Made by a program: the position numbers and the translations under genes | The notes under the pieces: generated by a model | What the model was told of the DNA's origin: nothing | Seen by the model: the letters and a program-made list of their open reading frames with translations, nothing else | Database searches by the model: none | DNA from: Sedimentisphaerales bacterium | GTDB lineage: Bacteria > Planctomycetota > Phycisphaerae > Sedimentisphaerales > Anaerobacaceae | Assembly: GCA_049644065.1 (NCBI GenBank) | Contig: JBARRE010000118.1 | Location: 1 to 47,772, forward strand | Direction: 5' to 3' | Length of the DNA: 47,772 nucleotides | Part shown: piece after piece, positions 24,109 to 34,365 of the stretch | Position numbering within the stretch: the first letter of the stretch is position 1 | Layout of the letters: each line of letters opens with the position of its first letter

Positions 24109-25500
24109 ATGTCAAAGGGAAAAGTCTATCTTGTCGGTTCAGGACCTGGGGACGTCGAGTTGATTACATTGAAGGGTTATAAGCTTATCCGCCAGGCTGA
24201 TGTTATTCTCCACGATCACCTTATTCCGCTCGAATTGCTTCAATTTGCCAAACCAGAGGCCGAAGTAATATCTGTTGGCAAATTTGCCAGCCGACATACA
24301 ATGTCACAGGATCGGATAAACACACTTTTGATAGAAAAGGCAGGAGATAACAAAATTGTTCTCCGGCTCAAGGGGGGTGATCCTTTTGTCTTCGGCAGGG
24401 GCGGTGAGGAAGTCGAAGCTTGTGCCGAGGCGGGAGTAGATTTTGAAGTTGTACCAGGCATCACCAGTGCGCTGGCCGCTCCATCGTATGCCGGAATTCC
24501 GCCTACACATCGGGACTTCACCCCAAACCTTGCTATAGTAACCGGGCATCGTAAAGAAGGCAAAGAAATCGAAATACCTAATGCGGGCACGATTGTTTTT
24601 CTTATGGGGGTAGCTAACATTCCAAAGATTATCGAAGCGTTGCTAAAGGCAGGTTGGCTCCCACAAACAAAGATAGCTGCCGTTGAAAACGGCACCCGAT
24701 ATAATCAAAGAGTTATTACAGGAACGCTGGAAAACTTTATTCAGATCATTAAAGAAGCAGATTTACATACTCCTGCTATTTTTATTGTTGGTAAGGTAGT
24801 TGAACTTCAGGAAAAATTGAATTGGTTTGACAAAAGGCCGAAAGTGCTTGTCCTCGGCACACACCCGGAAAAATATGCACACCTCGGCACCATAGTACAT
24901 CGGCCGATAGTAAAATGTGTGGGCCTGGAAGATTACTCACGCTTTGATGAAATACTAAAACGGCTGGAAACATTTGATTGGCTGATATTTACAAGTGCCC
25001 ACAGTGTGAGATTCTTCTTTGAACGCCTGCGACTGGTGGGTTCTGATGCCAGGTCGCTGGCCTCCGTGAGAATTGCTGCTATTGGTAAGACGACTGCCGG
25101 AGAGCTTGCCTGTTTTGGTATTTTGGCCGACCTGGTCCCGGATAATGAGTCGAGTGCGGGGCTCCTCGAAAAATTCAGTACAATGGACATTAAAAACAAT
25201 CGGGTGCTTCTGCCTCGGGCGAAAGTTGCCTCTCGTGAATTGCCCGAGGGACTCGCAGCGATGGGTGCAGAGGTAGCGGAGGTTCCTGCATATATGACTG
25301 TTGAAGTTGAGCCTGCGGATGTCGACTTCGAACATATCGATAAAATACTCTTCACAAGCGGTTCTACAGTGCGAGCATTTGTGAAAAAATTCGGCCATGT
25401 ACCGACAAAGGCCAAGGCTTATTGCCTTGGAACGCCAACACAAGCAGAAGCGAAGAAACATGGTATCAGCGCCGAGATTATGTCGCAGTCAGATCATTGA
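24109..25500 (+). CDS. cobA-hemD: Uroporphyrinogen-III C-methyltransferase / uroporphyrinogen-III synthase fusion (CobA-HemD)
   Basis: The N-terminal SUMT motifs are KVYLVGSGPGDVELITLKG, LKGGDPFVFGRGGEE and VVPGITSA. The C-terminal ~220 aa is HemD-like (WLIFTSAHSVRFF, ILFTSGSTVRAF). Confidence 0.85.
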   Translation: MSKGKVYLVGSGPGDVELITLKGYKLIRQADVILHDHLIPLELLQFAKPEAEVISVGKFASRHTMSQDRINTLLIEKAGDNKIVLRLKGGDPFVFGRGGEEVEACAEAGVDFEVVPGITSALAAPSYAGIPPTHRDFTPNLAIVTGHRKEGKEIEIPNAGTIVFLMGVANIPKIIEALLKAGWLPQTKIAAVENGTRYNQRVITGTLENFIQIIKEADLHTPAIFIVGKVVELQEKLNWFDKRPKVLVLGTHPEKYAHLGTIVHRPIVKCVGLEDYSRFDEILKRLETFDWLIFTSAHSVRFFFERLRLVGSDARSLASVRIAAIGKTTAGELACFGILADLVPDNESSAGLLEKFSTMDIKNNRVLLPRAKVASRELPEGLAAMGAEVAEVPAYMTVEVEPADVDFEHIDKILFTSGSTVRAFVKKFGHVPTKAKAYCLGTPTQAEAKKHGISAEIMSQSDH

Positions 25501-25641
25501 CCGGGTCAAAGGAGCTGTGGTTATCATCGAGCCAATAGCGGAGAATATAGTAGCTGTGCCATCTATTAAGCCATATGGCAGTGTATACCACTCAGTTGTA
25601 CGCTCTCAATATTGTCAAATACCTTGGGATTTAGTAATCCT

Positions 25642-26142
25642 TTATAAAGGTATCGTTCCTGACTGAGCCAGCCTTGTTTTCTTCTTACTCTTTGGGCCAG
25701 CCAGTGATTCCGGCAGGCTCAAGAAGCGATGCTCGGGGTGATTCCATGTGGCAGCAGCGACGGTAGTCTCCTCAAGTATCTTTTTGACTCGTTTTGTGGC
25801 ATTGGCCCAGGCTGAAAAAATACGACAATTCTCCTTAGTTCCACCGCATTCGCAATGTCTTAAGAAGCAGTCATCAAATAATGGACTGACTTCAATAGCT
25901 TCAAACAGCTCAAGTAAGCTGATCTCCTCCGGCGGTCTGGCAAAAACATATCCTTTGTTCTTGCTTTTGACAGCCTTCACAAAACGCGCTTTTACAAGTT
26001 GCTGAAATATCTTGGCAAGATAGTTAGACGGTATCCCCTCTGCCTTAGCGATCATAGCAGTTGTGGTGGGTAACTGCGTACTGTGCCTGACCATATACAT
26101 CAATGCATGCAGCGCATATGCTGTTGACTTTCTAATTTTCAT
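25642..26142 (-). CDS. Rrf2-family transcriptional regulator with a C-terminal Cys cluster
   Basis: The N-terminal winged helix (MKIRKSTAYALHALMYMVRH...) is typical of Rrf2/BadM. The cysteine cluster is CFLRHCECGGTKENC. Confidence 0.8.
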   Translation of the reverse strand: MKIRKSTAYALHALMYMVRHSTQLPTTTAMIAKAEGIPSNYLAKIFQQLVKARFVKAVKSKNKGYVFARPPEEISLLELFEAIEVSPLFDDCFLRHCECGGTKENCRIFSAWANATKRVKKILEETTVAAATWNHPEHRFLSLPESLAGPKSKKKTRLAQSGTIPL

Positions 26143-26207
26143 CTGTTTGTCTCCAGAATCATAGCTTGAACTTTTCGATCTAAAACTATTGGCTTATTCC
26201 TAATAAT

Positions 26208-27596
26208 CTAACTCGCAACCTTTTCTTTCCTGCTATGCCTGCGTTTTTGAGAATCAATCTCCAGTTCGTCAATCTTCCGGTACAAACTCGACAATCCAAC
26301 ATTCAAAGCTTTAGCCGCTTCAACTTTGTTCCAACCATGTTTGTTTAATACCCGGCAGATATGCTCCCTTTCATATGCTCTGACAGCCGCCTGAAGGCTT
26401 TGGTTTTCTTCACTTAATGTCACTGAATGGTAGCCCAACGACCCAATATCTGATATCTTTATGACATCATCTTCAGCAAATATTACTGCCCGTTCAATCA
26501 CGTTCTGCATCTCTCTTATATTGCCTTTCCACTCGTAACCCATAAACAGCCGCATAACCTCGTCGCTAACTCCGATAGAGTGCTTGCCCATCTCGGCATT
26601 ATACTTCTTTATGAAGTGTTCCACTAAAAGTGGAATATCTTCCTTCCTCTCACGCAGAGGGGGAAGGTGGATGCCCACAACATTCATCCTGTAATATAAA
26701 TCCTCTCGAAACCGCCCCGCTTTGATTTCTTTTACCAGATCCTTGTTCGTAGCGGCGATTAGCCTTACATCAATGTCAACCGGCTCCGTTGAGCCGACAG
26801 GTATTATCTGCTTATGTTCCACCGCCCGCAGGAGCTTCACTTCGCAGCCCATAGGCATGTGACCGATCTCGTCTAAGAACAGAGTTCCGCCACGAGCGCA
26901 TTGAAAAAGACCTTCTTTGTCCTGACAGGCGGAGGTGAAGCTACCCTTCATATGTCCGAACAATTCGCTCTCGAGCAGGCTCTCCGGTATTGCACTGCAA
27001 TTGATTGCAAGGAAACGTTTGCTGTTTTGAGGCGCCAGAGAATGTATGGCGCGAGCAACTAATTCTTTGCCGGTGCCGCTTTCCCCTGTTACCAAAACGT
27101 TGCTCTTTGTCGGCGCCACTTTCCGAACCATCTCAAAAACTTTTTCTATCCCCGGAGATTTGCCTATGATTTGCCCAATCTCAAATCGGCCGTTCAGCTC
27201 CTGTTTAAGCTGCACGTTTTCCTCATGCAACTCGATATATCGCAGATTCTGATGGATTTTCGTCAATATATCGTCCATCACTACCGGCTTGACTACGTAA
27301 TCACAAGCACCAAGCTTGATCGCTTCGACAGCCATCTCAACCGTGCCAAAAGCTGTTATCATTATGACACGTGTCTGAGGTCTTATTCGCATTATCTCGC
27401 GCAGAACCTTTATACCATCTGCTCCCGGCATTCGGATATCCAGTATGGCCACAGCAAAGGGCTGCTTCGTAACCGCATCTATTGCATCAGTTCCATTGCC
27501 TACCGCCGTAACCGTCATGCCTTCTTCCTGAAGAACCTTTGCGAAAGTTTCCCTGAAGGTTGCTTCATCATCTGCCAACAATATTCTTCTATTCAT
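26208..27596 (-). CDS. Sigma-54-dependent response regulator (NtrC family)
   Basis: It has a receiver domain (ILLADDE...DIRMPG), an AAA+ domain with Walker A GESGTGKE and a GAFTGA-like loop (GSFTSA), ESELFGH, and a C-terminal Fis-type HTH. Confidence 0.9.
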   Translation of the reverse strand: MNRRILLADDEATFRETFAKVLQEEGMTVTAVGNGTDAIDAVTKQPFAVAILDIRMPGADGIKVLREIMRIRPQTRVIMITAFGTVEMAVEAIKLGACDYVVKPVVMDDILTKIHQNLRYIELHEENVQLKQELNGRFEIGQIIGKSPGIEKVFEMVRKVAPTKSNVLVTGESGTGKELVARAIHSLAPQNSKRFLAINCSAIPESLLESELFGHMKGSFTSACQDKEGLFQCARGGTLFLDEIGHMPMGCEVKLLRAVEHKQIIPVGSTEPVDIDVRLIAATNKDLVKEIKAGRFREDLYYRMNVVGIHLPPLRERKEDIPLLVEHFIKKYNAEMGKHSIGVSDEVMRLFMGYEWKGNIREMQNVIERAVIFAEDDVIKISDIGSLGYHSVTLSEENQSLQAAVRAYEREHICRVLNKHGWNKVEAAKALNVGLSSLYRKIDELEIDSQKRRHSRKEKVAS

Positions 27597-27668
27597 CTAT
27601 TGTTACCATCCTTATACAGTAACTATCTTTCCGTCTTAAAAGTTACAACATTACAATTATCGTGTCAC

Positions 27669-29501
27669 TCAAACTGCTTTGGCTCTCTCAAAAAAACCTT
27701 CCTCCCCATCATTTCTGCTAATCAGTTCCCTCCTGGTCCTCAGGGGGATTTGGATTATTACAGTAGTACCTATACCAATCTCTGATTCCAACTCAATCGT
27801 ACCGTCCACTTCCGTGACAAGATTATGGCTTATAAAAAGTCCCAGGCCTGTTCCCTTACCAATTTCCTTGGTCGTAAAGAACGAATCAAAGGCCCGTTTA
27901 CAGATTTCAGGACTCATTCCAATGCCGGTATCACTGATTCGGATCTCAATCACATCGTCCTTCAATGCCCTTGTTATTCTGAGAAGATGTTCCCCCTCAT
28001 ACGACTTGGCGTTCATTGCATCTAAAGCGTTGATAAAGATGTTGAGAAAAACTTGCTCAAAATGCTGCGGATTTAGCCACACCTTCGGCAAATCAAGAGT
28101 TGCAGTATTTTCTATAGTGACAGAATTTGCACGCTTGTCAAAGTTGATAAGTGACAAAGTGTTTTCTATCAATGAGTTGACATCTGTCCACTTGTACTCA
28201 CCTGTAGCCGGTCGCGACAGACTCAGCATTCGCCTCAGAATATTCGAAATTCGGCTGACGTGATACTGTATAACCAAAAGTTGTTTCTTTTGTTCTTGAT
28301 TTTTAAGCCTTCTGACCAGGTACTGTGCCACCGAAGAAATACTTGCCAGAGGATTACCTATCTCATGTGCGATGCCGGTTGCCATCTGACCGATTGCGAC
28401 CATCTTCTCTCGCTGGGCCATTTCTATACGTGACATCCTCAGGAGTTCGTTTATTGCTGTTACCTCTTCGGTTCGTTCCCGCAACTCAGTCTCGAGCTTC
28501 TTATGCTCTGTCAGATCCTGACCTACAATAACGTATCCCAGCCTCTTTCCATCGATACCAACGACCGGGCAGCCCTTTGCTTCCACGTACCTTTTCTCCG
28601 GGCCGGTGGTCTCGAATGAAATCGCTCTTTCCGCTGCCGCAGCGTTATCATCAGAAGAGACAACACCGCTTAATATCTCCGCCATAGGACGTGGGAAATC
28701 TTCGAACGAATGTTTTTGCTTGTTTAAAACTCCATCTCGTTTCCAGAGATTTGCTGTTGGATTGCAAATCGCTACATCTCCATTGTTTGCAATAAATATT
28801 AATCCTTCCGACATTGCGTTTATGACTGCCTTGAGAAGATCGCTGTTTCTTGCCGCCTCAAGCTCCTTGGCGGTCATTCGTATAATTATCATCCTGGTCA
28901 GGTACTGGGCCAGCATCACAGTGAACGAAAATGCGGCAAATACACCAAGTGAATATAAAGGATTTCTCCACGGACCACCTGAAGCAGAAAGTTGAAGCGG
29001 ATAATATCCTAAAAGTGCACCTCCGTAAAGCTCGTTAACTTCCAAAAGGCCGAAGAGCAGTATAGCTGTCAGTCCTACTATAAATGATAAGCTGTGGGGC
29101 AGTATTATCGCGGCTATGATTACGTGGAATATATAGAAAAGAAAACACGGATTAATTACACCGCCAGAGAAATGTAAAACTGCTGTCAGTATAATCAGGT
29201 CAACTTCAACCTGTATCATTCCTAAAAATATATCTCTCGGCCCAGCATCTTCTGGTTTCTTGGTGGCCGTCAGGAAGTAGAGAATATTACAACCAAGCAA
29301 TACCGCAGCGCAAGCGTAGATCAGAATCGGAGCGGCCAGAACAGGAAAGACAAAGCGGCCCAATATAGCAGATGCTATTAGTGCTCCAACTGCAATCCAC
29401 CTAAGCCGGATTAGCCAAAGTATCTGCTCTACAAGAGCTTCACGTGTACACTGACTTGATTTATCCATATGATTTATTATCACATCAGATTCCACAGACA
29501 T
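27669..29501 (-). CDS. Sensor histidine kinase (multi-TM N-terminal domain, PAS, HisKA, HATPase_c)
   Basis: It has about 6 N-terminal TM helices, a PAS-like segment, an H-box (HEIGNPL), an N-box (NIFINALDAM) and G-boxes (DTGIGM, GTGLGL). It lies 72 nt upstream of the NtrC-type regulator. Confidence 0.85.
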   Translation of the reverse strand: MSVESDVIINHMDKSSQCTREALVEQILWLIRLRWIAVGALIASAILGRFVFPVLAAPILIYACAAVLLGCNILYFLTATKKPEDAGPRDIFLGMIQVEVDLIILTAVLHFSGGVINPCFLFYIFHVIIAAIILPHSLSFIVGLTAILLFGLLEVNELYGGALLGYYPLQLSASGGPWRNPLYSLGVFAAFSFTVMLAQYLTRMIIIRMTAKELEAARNSDLLKAVINAMSEGLIFIANNGDVAICNPTANLWKRDGVLNKQKHSFEDFPRPMAEILSGVVSSDDNAAAAERAISFETTGPEKRYVEAKGCPVVGIDGKRLGYVIVGQDLTEHKKLETELRERTEEVTAINELLRMSRIEMAQREKMVAIGQMATGIAHEIGNPLASISSVAQYLVRRLKNQEQKKQLLVIQYHVSRISNILRRMLSLSRPATGEYKWTDVNSLIENTLSLINFDKRANSVTIENTATLDLPKVWLNPQHFEQVFLNIFINALDAMNAKSYEGEHLLRITRALKDDVIEIRISDTGIGMSPEICKRAFDSFFTTKEIGKGTGLGLFISHNLVTEVDGTIELESEIGIGTTVIIQIPLRTRRELISRNDGEEGFFERAKAV

Positions 29502-29775
29502 ATCCTAAATTCACCCTTCTCTGCACTATATCATTGTTTTTCAAATATAAAATCTTGATTAATTGCATGAGGTTATATTCCAGACAATATATATTTTAAC
29601 ATATTTTACGCCAATAACCAGAAAAAGTTCTCATAATAGAGAAAAAATATTGATAAGCAATGTTGATGCATATCCATTAATTTCTTTAATTAGGGAATTT
29701 CTCTGATATGAAACACTCTGACCAATGATTCAAAAAAAATTATGCAAAACCCTCCTCAGAGCAGGTACACTAAAA

Positions 29776-31026
29776 CTAATCAGGCATCTGGAAAATTTCC
29801 CCGCTGCGTTCCAATTCCGCCTGTTTTTCCTCATCCAGGCCGATTTCAATATCAGCTAAATAACACCCTGGGTCTGGAGCCCATGCATCGCCAAAATGTA
29901 AATCTGCCCGGACCCGCAAACTCCCACCGCAACCGTCAAAAAACTTACAAAGCCTGCATCTTCCCTTGATATGCTGGCGGCGTTCTTTCAAACCTTTTAG
30001 AAGGGGATCGCTCGTATCAGTCCAAATCCGGCTAAAAGGTTTTTGACGCACATCACCAAGATCATAATGCCACCAGAACTGGTCCGGATGCACCTTCCCA
30101 TGAAAATCAATACAGCCAATCCCAACCCCGCTGCTGTACATACCGCCACCGTTCCATGTCAGTAGCTTCCAGACCTCGTCTGCACGTGCGGGATCCTCCT
30201 GCTTTAATTTCAGATAAAGATATACGCCATCTACATGGTTATCGACCGTCAATATATCGGTAGTCTTGCCTGCTTGTTTATACTGTCTCGTCTTTTTTGC
30301 TATTGTATCAACGGCTTCTCTGCTTTGGGCGTGAGTCAGATCCTCGCTTGCCATGCTCCCTCCTCTGCCGCTTGGGACAAAATGATAAAAGCAGGCCCTC
30401 TCAATATTCTTTGCTTCGAAAAAACCAAACAAGCTCTCCAAATCCTGAACATTTTTCTTGGTCAAAGTCAATCTAAGGCCGATCCGCACACCGGCATCCT
30501 GGCAATTCTTTATGCCCTGTACGGCCCTGTCAAACGCACCGTCTACGCCCCTGAACTTATCATTGATTTCGCCTATGCCATCGAGACTTATACCTACGTA
30601 CGAAACTCCATGCTGCTTTATTTTTTTCGCCATCTCGGTTGTTATGAGGGTTCCATTTGTTGAAATGACCGTCCGTACGCCGCGCTCGACTGCGTATTCG
30701 ATCAATTCGAACAGATCGGGACGTGTCAGAGGCTCACCGCCGGAGAATAAAACCGATGGGACGCCGAACTGTATAAGATCATCCAATACGGTTTTGGCCT
30801 CGTCTGTCGATAGCTCATCGTCAGCTTTTAATACTCCGCTGTCGTTGTAACAATGCACGCATTTGAGATTACACGACCGGGTAATGTTCCATACGACGAT
30901 AGGGCGTCTCTCGGATGCTGTCTTTGGTACGATTTCACCTTTTCGCTCGCCCGAACCCTTAGCCCCATAGCGAAGCCAATCGCCCGGCGTAACCTGGTCA
31001 CAATATAATTTGCTGAAATTTATCAT
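29776..31026 (-). CDS. ahbC: NirJ-like radical SAM/SPASM enzyme, probable Fe-coproporphyrin III synthase (AhbC)
   Basis: The radical SAM motif is CNLKCVHC, in the context VVWNITRSCNLKCVHCY (NirJ-like). The C terminus is Cys-rich and SPASM-like (GRCRLCKFFDGCGGS). I chose the start at ATG 31026 (MINFSKLY...). The track ORF (to 31092) would overlap the upstream gene. The AhbC versus AhbD assignment is tentative. Confidence 0.65.
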   Translation of the reverse strand: MINFSKLYCDQVTPGDWLRYGAKGSGERKGEIVPKTASERRPIVVWNITRSCNLKCVHCYNDSGVLKADDELSTDEAKTVLDDLIQFGVPSVLFSGGEPLTRPDLFELIEYAVERGVRTVISTNGTLITTEMAKKIKQHGVSYVGISLDGIGEINDKFRGVDGAFDRAVQGIKNCQDAGVRIGLRLTLTKKNVQDLESLFGFFEAKNIERACFYHFVPSGRGGSMASEDLTHAQSREAVDTIAKKTRQYKQAGKTTDILTVDNHVDGVYLYLKLKQEDPARADEVWKLLTWNGGGMYSSGVGIGCIDFHGKVHPDQFWWHYDLGDVRQKPFSRIWTDTSDPLLKGLKERRQHIKGRCRLCKFFDGCGGSLRVRADLHFGDAWAPDPGCYLADIEIGLDEEKQAELERSGEIFQMPD

Positions 31027-31058
31027 AGAAAAACCTGTAATAAAAATTCTAATAGAGA

Positions 31059-32168
31059 TCAACGAGTTGCTTCGGGCGGCACATAAGCGCAAAAAGGCTC
31101 TTCGGCCATATAATTACCCGTGCCGGCATACGCTCTGCCCCGACACCCGCCGCATACCTGTTTGTACCCACAGACGCCGCATTTACCTTCCAGCTCATTG
31201 CTGTTACGCATACGTGCAAGATCTTCGCTGCCGTACCAAATATCTGAAAGCTTCTCTTTCAGCACGTTGCCGCAATTGACGGGCAGGTAGCCGCATGGAA
31301 AAACGTCGCCCTGATGCCCGACAAACAACACTCCGAGGCCGGCCAGACATCCTTTCGACGCTCCTTTGTGTCCGCTCCTGCCTGGAACATCACCTCGGCC
31401 ATGGCCTGTTTCGGCGCGGGATTTATACAAACCCTGCTGCCTGATAACACGCTCGTAATGAGGGCCGCAGGTCACTTTCATTTGTAATTCACTCCGGCCG
31501 TCCAGTTCACAGATATCGAGTAATTTCTGCTCGTACTGCTCGGGTGAGAGCATGTCGGTTTCCGCCAGGGACTGGCCGCAACCGACGGGAACGAGCATAA
31601 ATATATGCACCGCTACTGCACCGAGTGATTTTGCAAGGTCGTAAACTTCTTCTAATTGCCCGGCGTTATGTTTCGTCAGGGTAATGTTTATCTGGAAAGG
31701 CACCTCTTGTTCACGAAGATATCCGATGCCTTCAATCGCACTTTCAAACGATCCTTCGAGCTGACGCAGCTTGTTATGAATCTCAGCGGTAGCACCATCC
31801 AGGCTCACCGATACCCTTGCGATTCCACTGTCGCGTATCTGTTTGGCCACGGCCGTATCTATCAGCGTCCCATTCGTCGCAAGGGCGGGAGTAATTCCCA
31901 GAGTACGAGCATGTTTGACTAACTCAAACAGATCCTCGCGACAGAGCGGCTCACCGCCCGAAAAAACCAGTACAGGCATCATGGGCTGACCTCGCCCCAA
32001 CTCAGCCAGTTGCTCAATCAGCACCTTCGCCTGAGCCGTTGTAATATCTCTATGGGCTTGCTCATCAGATTCTATGCGCCGGCAGTGAGCGCAGGTCAAA
32101 TTGCACCGTATTGTGCTCTCCCAAAACAAGAGCCTTAGAATCTGCTTTGAATTCGAATTGTCTTTCAC
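31059..32168 (-). CDS. ahbD: Radical SAM/SPASM enzyme, probable heme synthase (AhbD)
   Basis: The radical SAM motif is CNLTCAHC, in the context FWESTIRCNLTCAHCR. The SPASM-type C terminus is GKCGVCGYKQVCGGCRGRAY. The GTG start overlaps the hemA stop (GTGA). The AhbC versus AhbD assignment is tentative. Confidence 0.65.
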   Translation of the reverse strand: MKDNSNSKQILRLLFWESTIRCNLTCAHCRRIESDEQAHRDITTAQAKVLIEQLAELGRGQPMMPVLVFSGGEPLCREDLFELVKHARTLGITPALATNGTLIDTAVAKQIRDSGIARVSVSLDGATAEIHNKLRQLEGSFESAIEGIGYLREQEVPFQINITLTKHNAGQLEEVYDLAKSLGAVAVHIFMLVPVGCGQSLAETDMLSPEQYEQKLLDICELDGRSELQMKVTCGPHYERVIRQQGLYKSRAETGHGRGDVPGRSGHKGASKGCLAGLGVLFVGHQGDVFPCGYLPVNCGNVLKEKLSDIWYGSEDLARMRNSNELEGKCGVCGYKQVCGGCRGRAYAGTGNYMAEEPFCAYVPPEATR

Positions 32169-33472
32169 TCTTTTACATCCTCCTTATCGCCAGGTTCGGA
32201 CATTATCTCTTCGGCCTGCCTGACAATGCTGTCGACCATCTTTGCCGCCTCAGTCGCGCCGTTTTCCTTCGCTACGATGTTGACGTTCTTGATCACGCAA
32301 TGCAGCAGCTTATTGACAACGCGGTTGACCATGGCTTCCATAACCTCTTTGCACGAGGCCTCCTGCCTGACTCCGACGAAGAAGCGTTCCATCTCATTTT
32401 CGCTGATCTGCCTGAATTGCTCCTTCATCCGGCCTATCAGGGGCCCTATATCCTTGGAACCAAACCATTCGGTGAAGTCCATAACATTTTCAAGGATGAT
32501 CTCCATACCCCTGGCCATATCCCGCTGGCGGGCCTTACGATTCTGCTCGACAACTGCGGCTAAATCATCGACGCTGTAAAGATAAAGCCCCTCCAATTCG
32601 TTTACAGCAGGCTCGATGTTACGCGGCACGGCGATATCGATAATCAGCAGTGTCCCTTCTTTTCGGCGGGCTGTTATTTCCCTGAACGAGTCCTTCCTGA
32701 ACAGGTAATCCTGCACCGAAGCTGATGCTATCGCTATATTTGCGTCAATCAACTGCTCGTTAAGCCGCTCCCATTTCTCCGCCCTGATACCGTATTGTTC
32801 AGCCACTTTCAGGCCACGATCGTAAGAGCGGTTAACGACAGTTATATTTTTGGCTCCGGCCTGGAGCAGGTGCTGAACGAGCAACTGGCCGGTATCGCCG
32901 GCACCAATGACAACTACTTTCGCCGACGAGATATCTGCGAAGAGCTGTTTGGCCAATTCGACCGCAACGCCGGCAACACTCACCCGGCCATTCGAGATAG
33001 AGGTCGTCGTATATACCTTTTTACTGGTAGTAAAAGCACAATGAAACAGCCGATTCAGAGTTTTGCCCGCGGTTTTTGCGGCACAGGCAAGCTTGTAGCT
33101 GTCTTTGACCTGCCCGATTATCTGCGCCTCACCCACCACAAGACTGTCCAGGCTCGATGCTACCATCAGCAGATGCCTGACCGCTTCTTCATCCTCGTAC
33201 GTGTAGAGGAACTGGCGGAATTTGTCCAACTCAATGTTGTGAAACTCTGCGAGGAACTCTGCAAGTTTAGCCGTATCGGCTCCCTGGCAGTGTTTGCCGG
33301 CACAATACAGTTCGACACGATTGCATGTCGATATAAGTACGAACTCAGCCTGGCCGAACCTCTTCTTCAGTTCGCAAAGCGCCCTGCTCGTCTCGGCGGT
33401 ATCGAAGGCCAGCTTTTCACGAATCTCCACCGGAGCAGTTTTGTGGTTGAGTCCTAATACTACAATCTTCAT
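32165..33472 (-). CDS. hemA: Glutamyl-tRNA reductase
   Basis: The N terminus has MKIVVLGLNHKTAPVEIREKLAF and the catalytic STCNRVELY. The NADPH-binding GAGDTG motif is present. Confidence 0.92.
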   Translation of the reverse strand: MKIVVLGLNHKTAPVEIREKLAFDTAETSRALCELKKRFGQAEFVLISTCNRVELYCAGKHCQGADTAKLAEFLAEFHNIELDKFRQFLYTYEDEEAVRHLLMVASSLDSLVVGEAQIIGQVKDSYKLACAAKTAGKTLNRLFHCAFTTSKKVYTTTSISNGRVSVAGVAVELAKQLFADISSAKVVVIGAGDTGQLLVQHLLQAGAKNITVVNRSYDRGLKVAEQYGIRAEKWERLNEQLIDANIAIASASVQDYLFRKDSFREITARRKEGTLLIIDIAVPRNIEPAVNELEGLYLYSVDDLAAVVEQNRKARQRDMARGMEIILENVMDFTEWFGSKDIGPLIGRMKEQFRQISENEMERFFVGVRQEASCKEVMEAMVNRVVNKLLHCVIKNVNIVAKENGATEAAKMVDSIVRQAEEIMSEPGDKEDVKE

Positions 33473-33481
33473 CTCTTGCTC

Positions 33482-34363
33482 TTACTTTGCCTGTTCGGCA
33501 GCCTCTACGTTGCTGCCGCCAAAGTTATGCCCCGTTCCGCAGAACAATGAAGTGCCCACTATTGCAAACAGAATCAAGGCGAATGCGACAAGCGTTACAT
33601 GGGCAATCGTCTTTTTCTTTAATTTAACTGTTTTCCACAGTACCATGATCGTCCCTAAAAGTAGCCAGACAATAGCGATAAGGATAATTTTAGCATCTGT
33701 GAGCCAATCAATGGCGGTCATATTGAGCGAGGCCGAGGTAGCCGCCAGGCCGATACCGCTTGCCAGCCCAAAAGTCATCAGTACGAAGCATGACTTAAGG
33801 CCTAAGAGGTTCATACGCTCGAGTTTCTCAATGTTGGGTACCTTGCCAAGAACATGGAGAAGATTCTTTTGCTTGAGCTTTCGCTCGGCAAAGAGGTATA
33901 GCACAGCGCTTGCAGTAGCGAGCATCGCCGATGCGCTACCAAGAATCATTGCAATAGCATGGGCAATCGCCCAGGGAGTAGAGGCCGCGGTGTGGGCTTG
34001 CGAAGCAGGTTCGGCGACAATACCCGCCATTAAAACAAGCAATAACATTACCCAAACCATAACCGAAGCAAACCATACTCTATGTATGGCTATACTTAAA
34101 AAGAGGTATGTCAGGCCAAATACAATAGTAAGGACAATCATAGACTCGAACAGTCCTGTCAGCGGTACAGCCTTTATCGCTATGGCCCTGAATATAAGAA
34201 TCACCGCTTCGAGTGTTACGGCCAGTGAAACAAGGGCTAAAAGAGATCGCCTGAGTTTCTCGCCCCGCCTCAGCAACTGAAGGACCCCAACCACTGCTGC
34301 TGCGACACATATAACAACAACAAGAATAAATACGGCCATCTCAGGTAAAGGCAGGTCAAACAT
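33482..34363 (-). CDS. HemX/CcsA-family (cytochrome c assembly-like) integral membrane protein lacking a WWD motif
   Basis: It has about 8 TM helices, a PLTGLFESM segment and an H...LYLFAERKLKQK segment like HemX/YpjD-type proteins. I see no WGxxWxWD heme-handling motif. It sits directly upstream of hemA, as hemX does in Bacillus-type hem operons. Confidence 0.6.
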   Translation of the reverse strand: MFDLPLPEMAVFILVVVICVAAAVVGVLQLLRRGEKLRRSLLALVSLAVTLEAVILIFRAIAIKAVPLTGLFESMIVLTIVFGLTYLFLSIAIHRVWFASVMVWVMLLLVLMAGIVAEPASQAHTAASTPWAIAHAIAMILGSASAMLATASAVLYLFAERKLKQKNLLHVLGKVPNIEKLERMNLLGLKSCFVLMTFGLASGIGLAATSASLNMTAIDWLTDAKIILIAIVWLLLGTIMVLWKTVKLKKKTIAHVTLVAFALILFAIVGTSLFCGTGHNFGGSNVEAAEQAK

Positions 34364-34365
34364 AC

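Noticed and set aside
27171-28263. + strand ORFs of 204 aa and 194 aa
   Set aside because: They are antisense to the NtrC-type regulator and the histidine kinase, both of which have complete catalytic motifs. The + strand ORFs have no motifs of their own.
31027-31092. A 22-aa N-terminal extension of the AhbC-like ORF
   Set aside because: It would overlap the 3' end of the upstream radical SAM gene. The internal ATG at 31026 (MINFSKLY) leaves a 32-nt intergenic gap and a sensible N terminus.
32795-34280. Long + strand ORFs (220 aa and 328 aa) opposite hemA and the HemX-like gene
   Set aside because: The minus strand encodes unmistakable HemA (STCNRVELY and other blocks) and a polytopic membrane protein. 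The + strand products are low-complexity antisense shadows.
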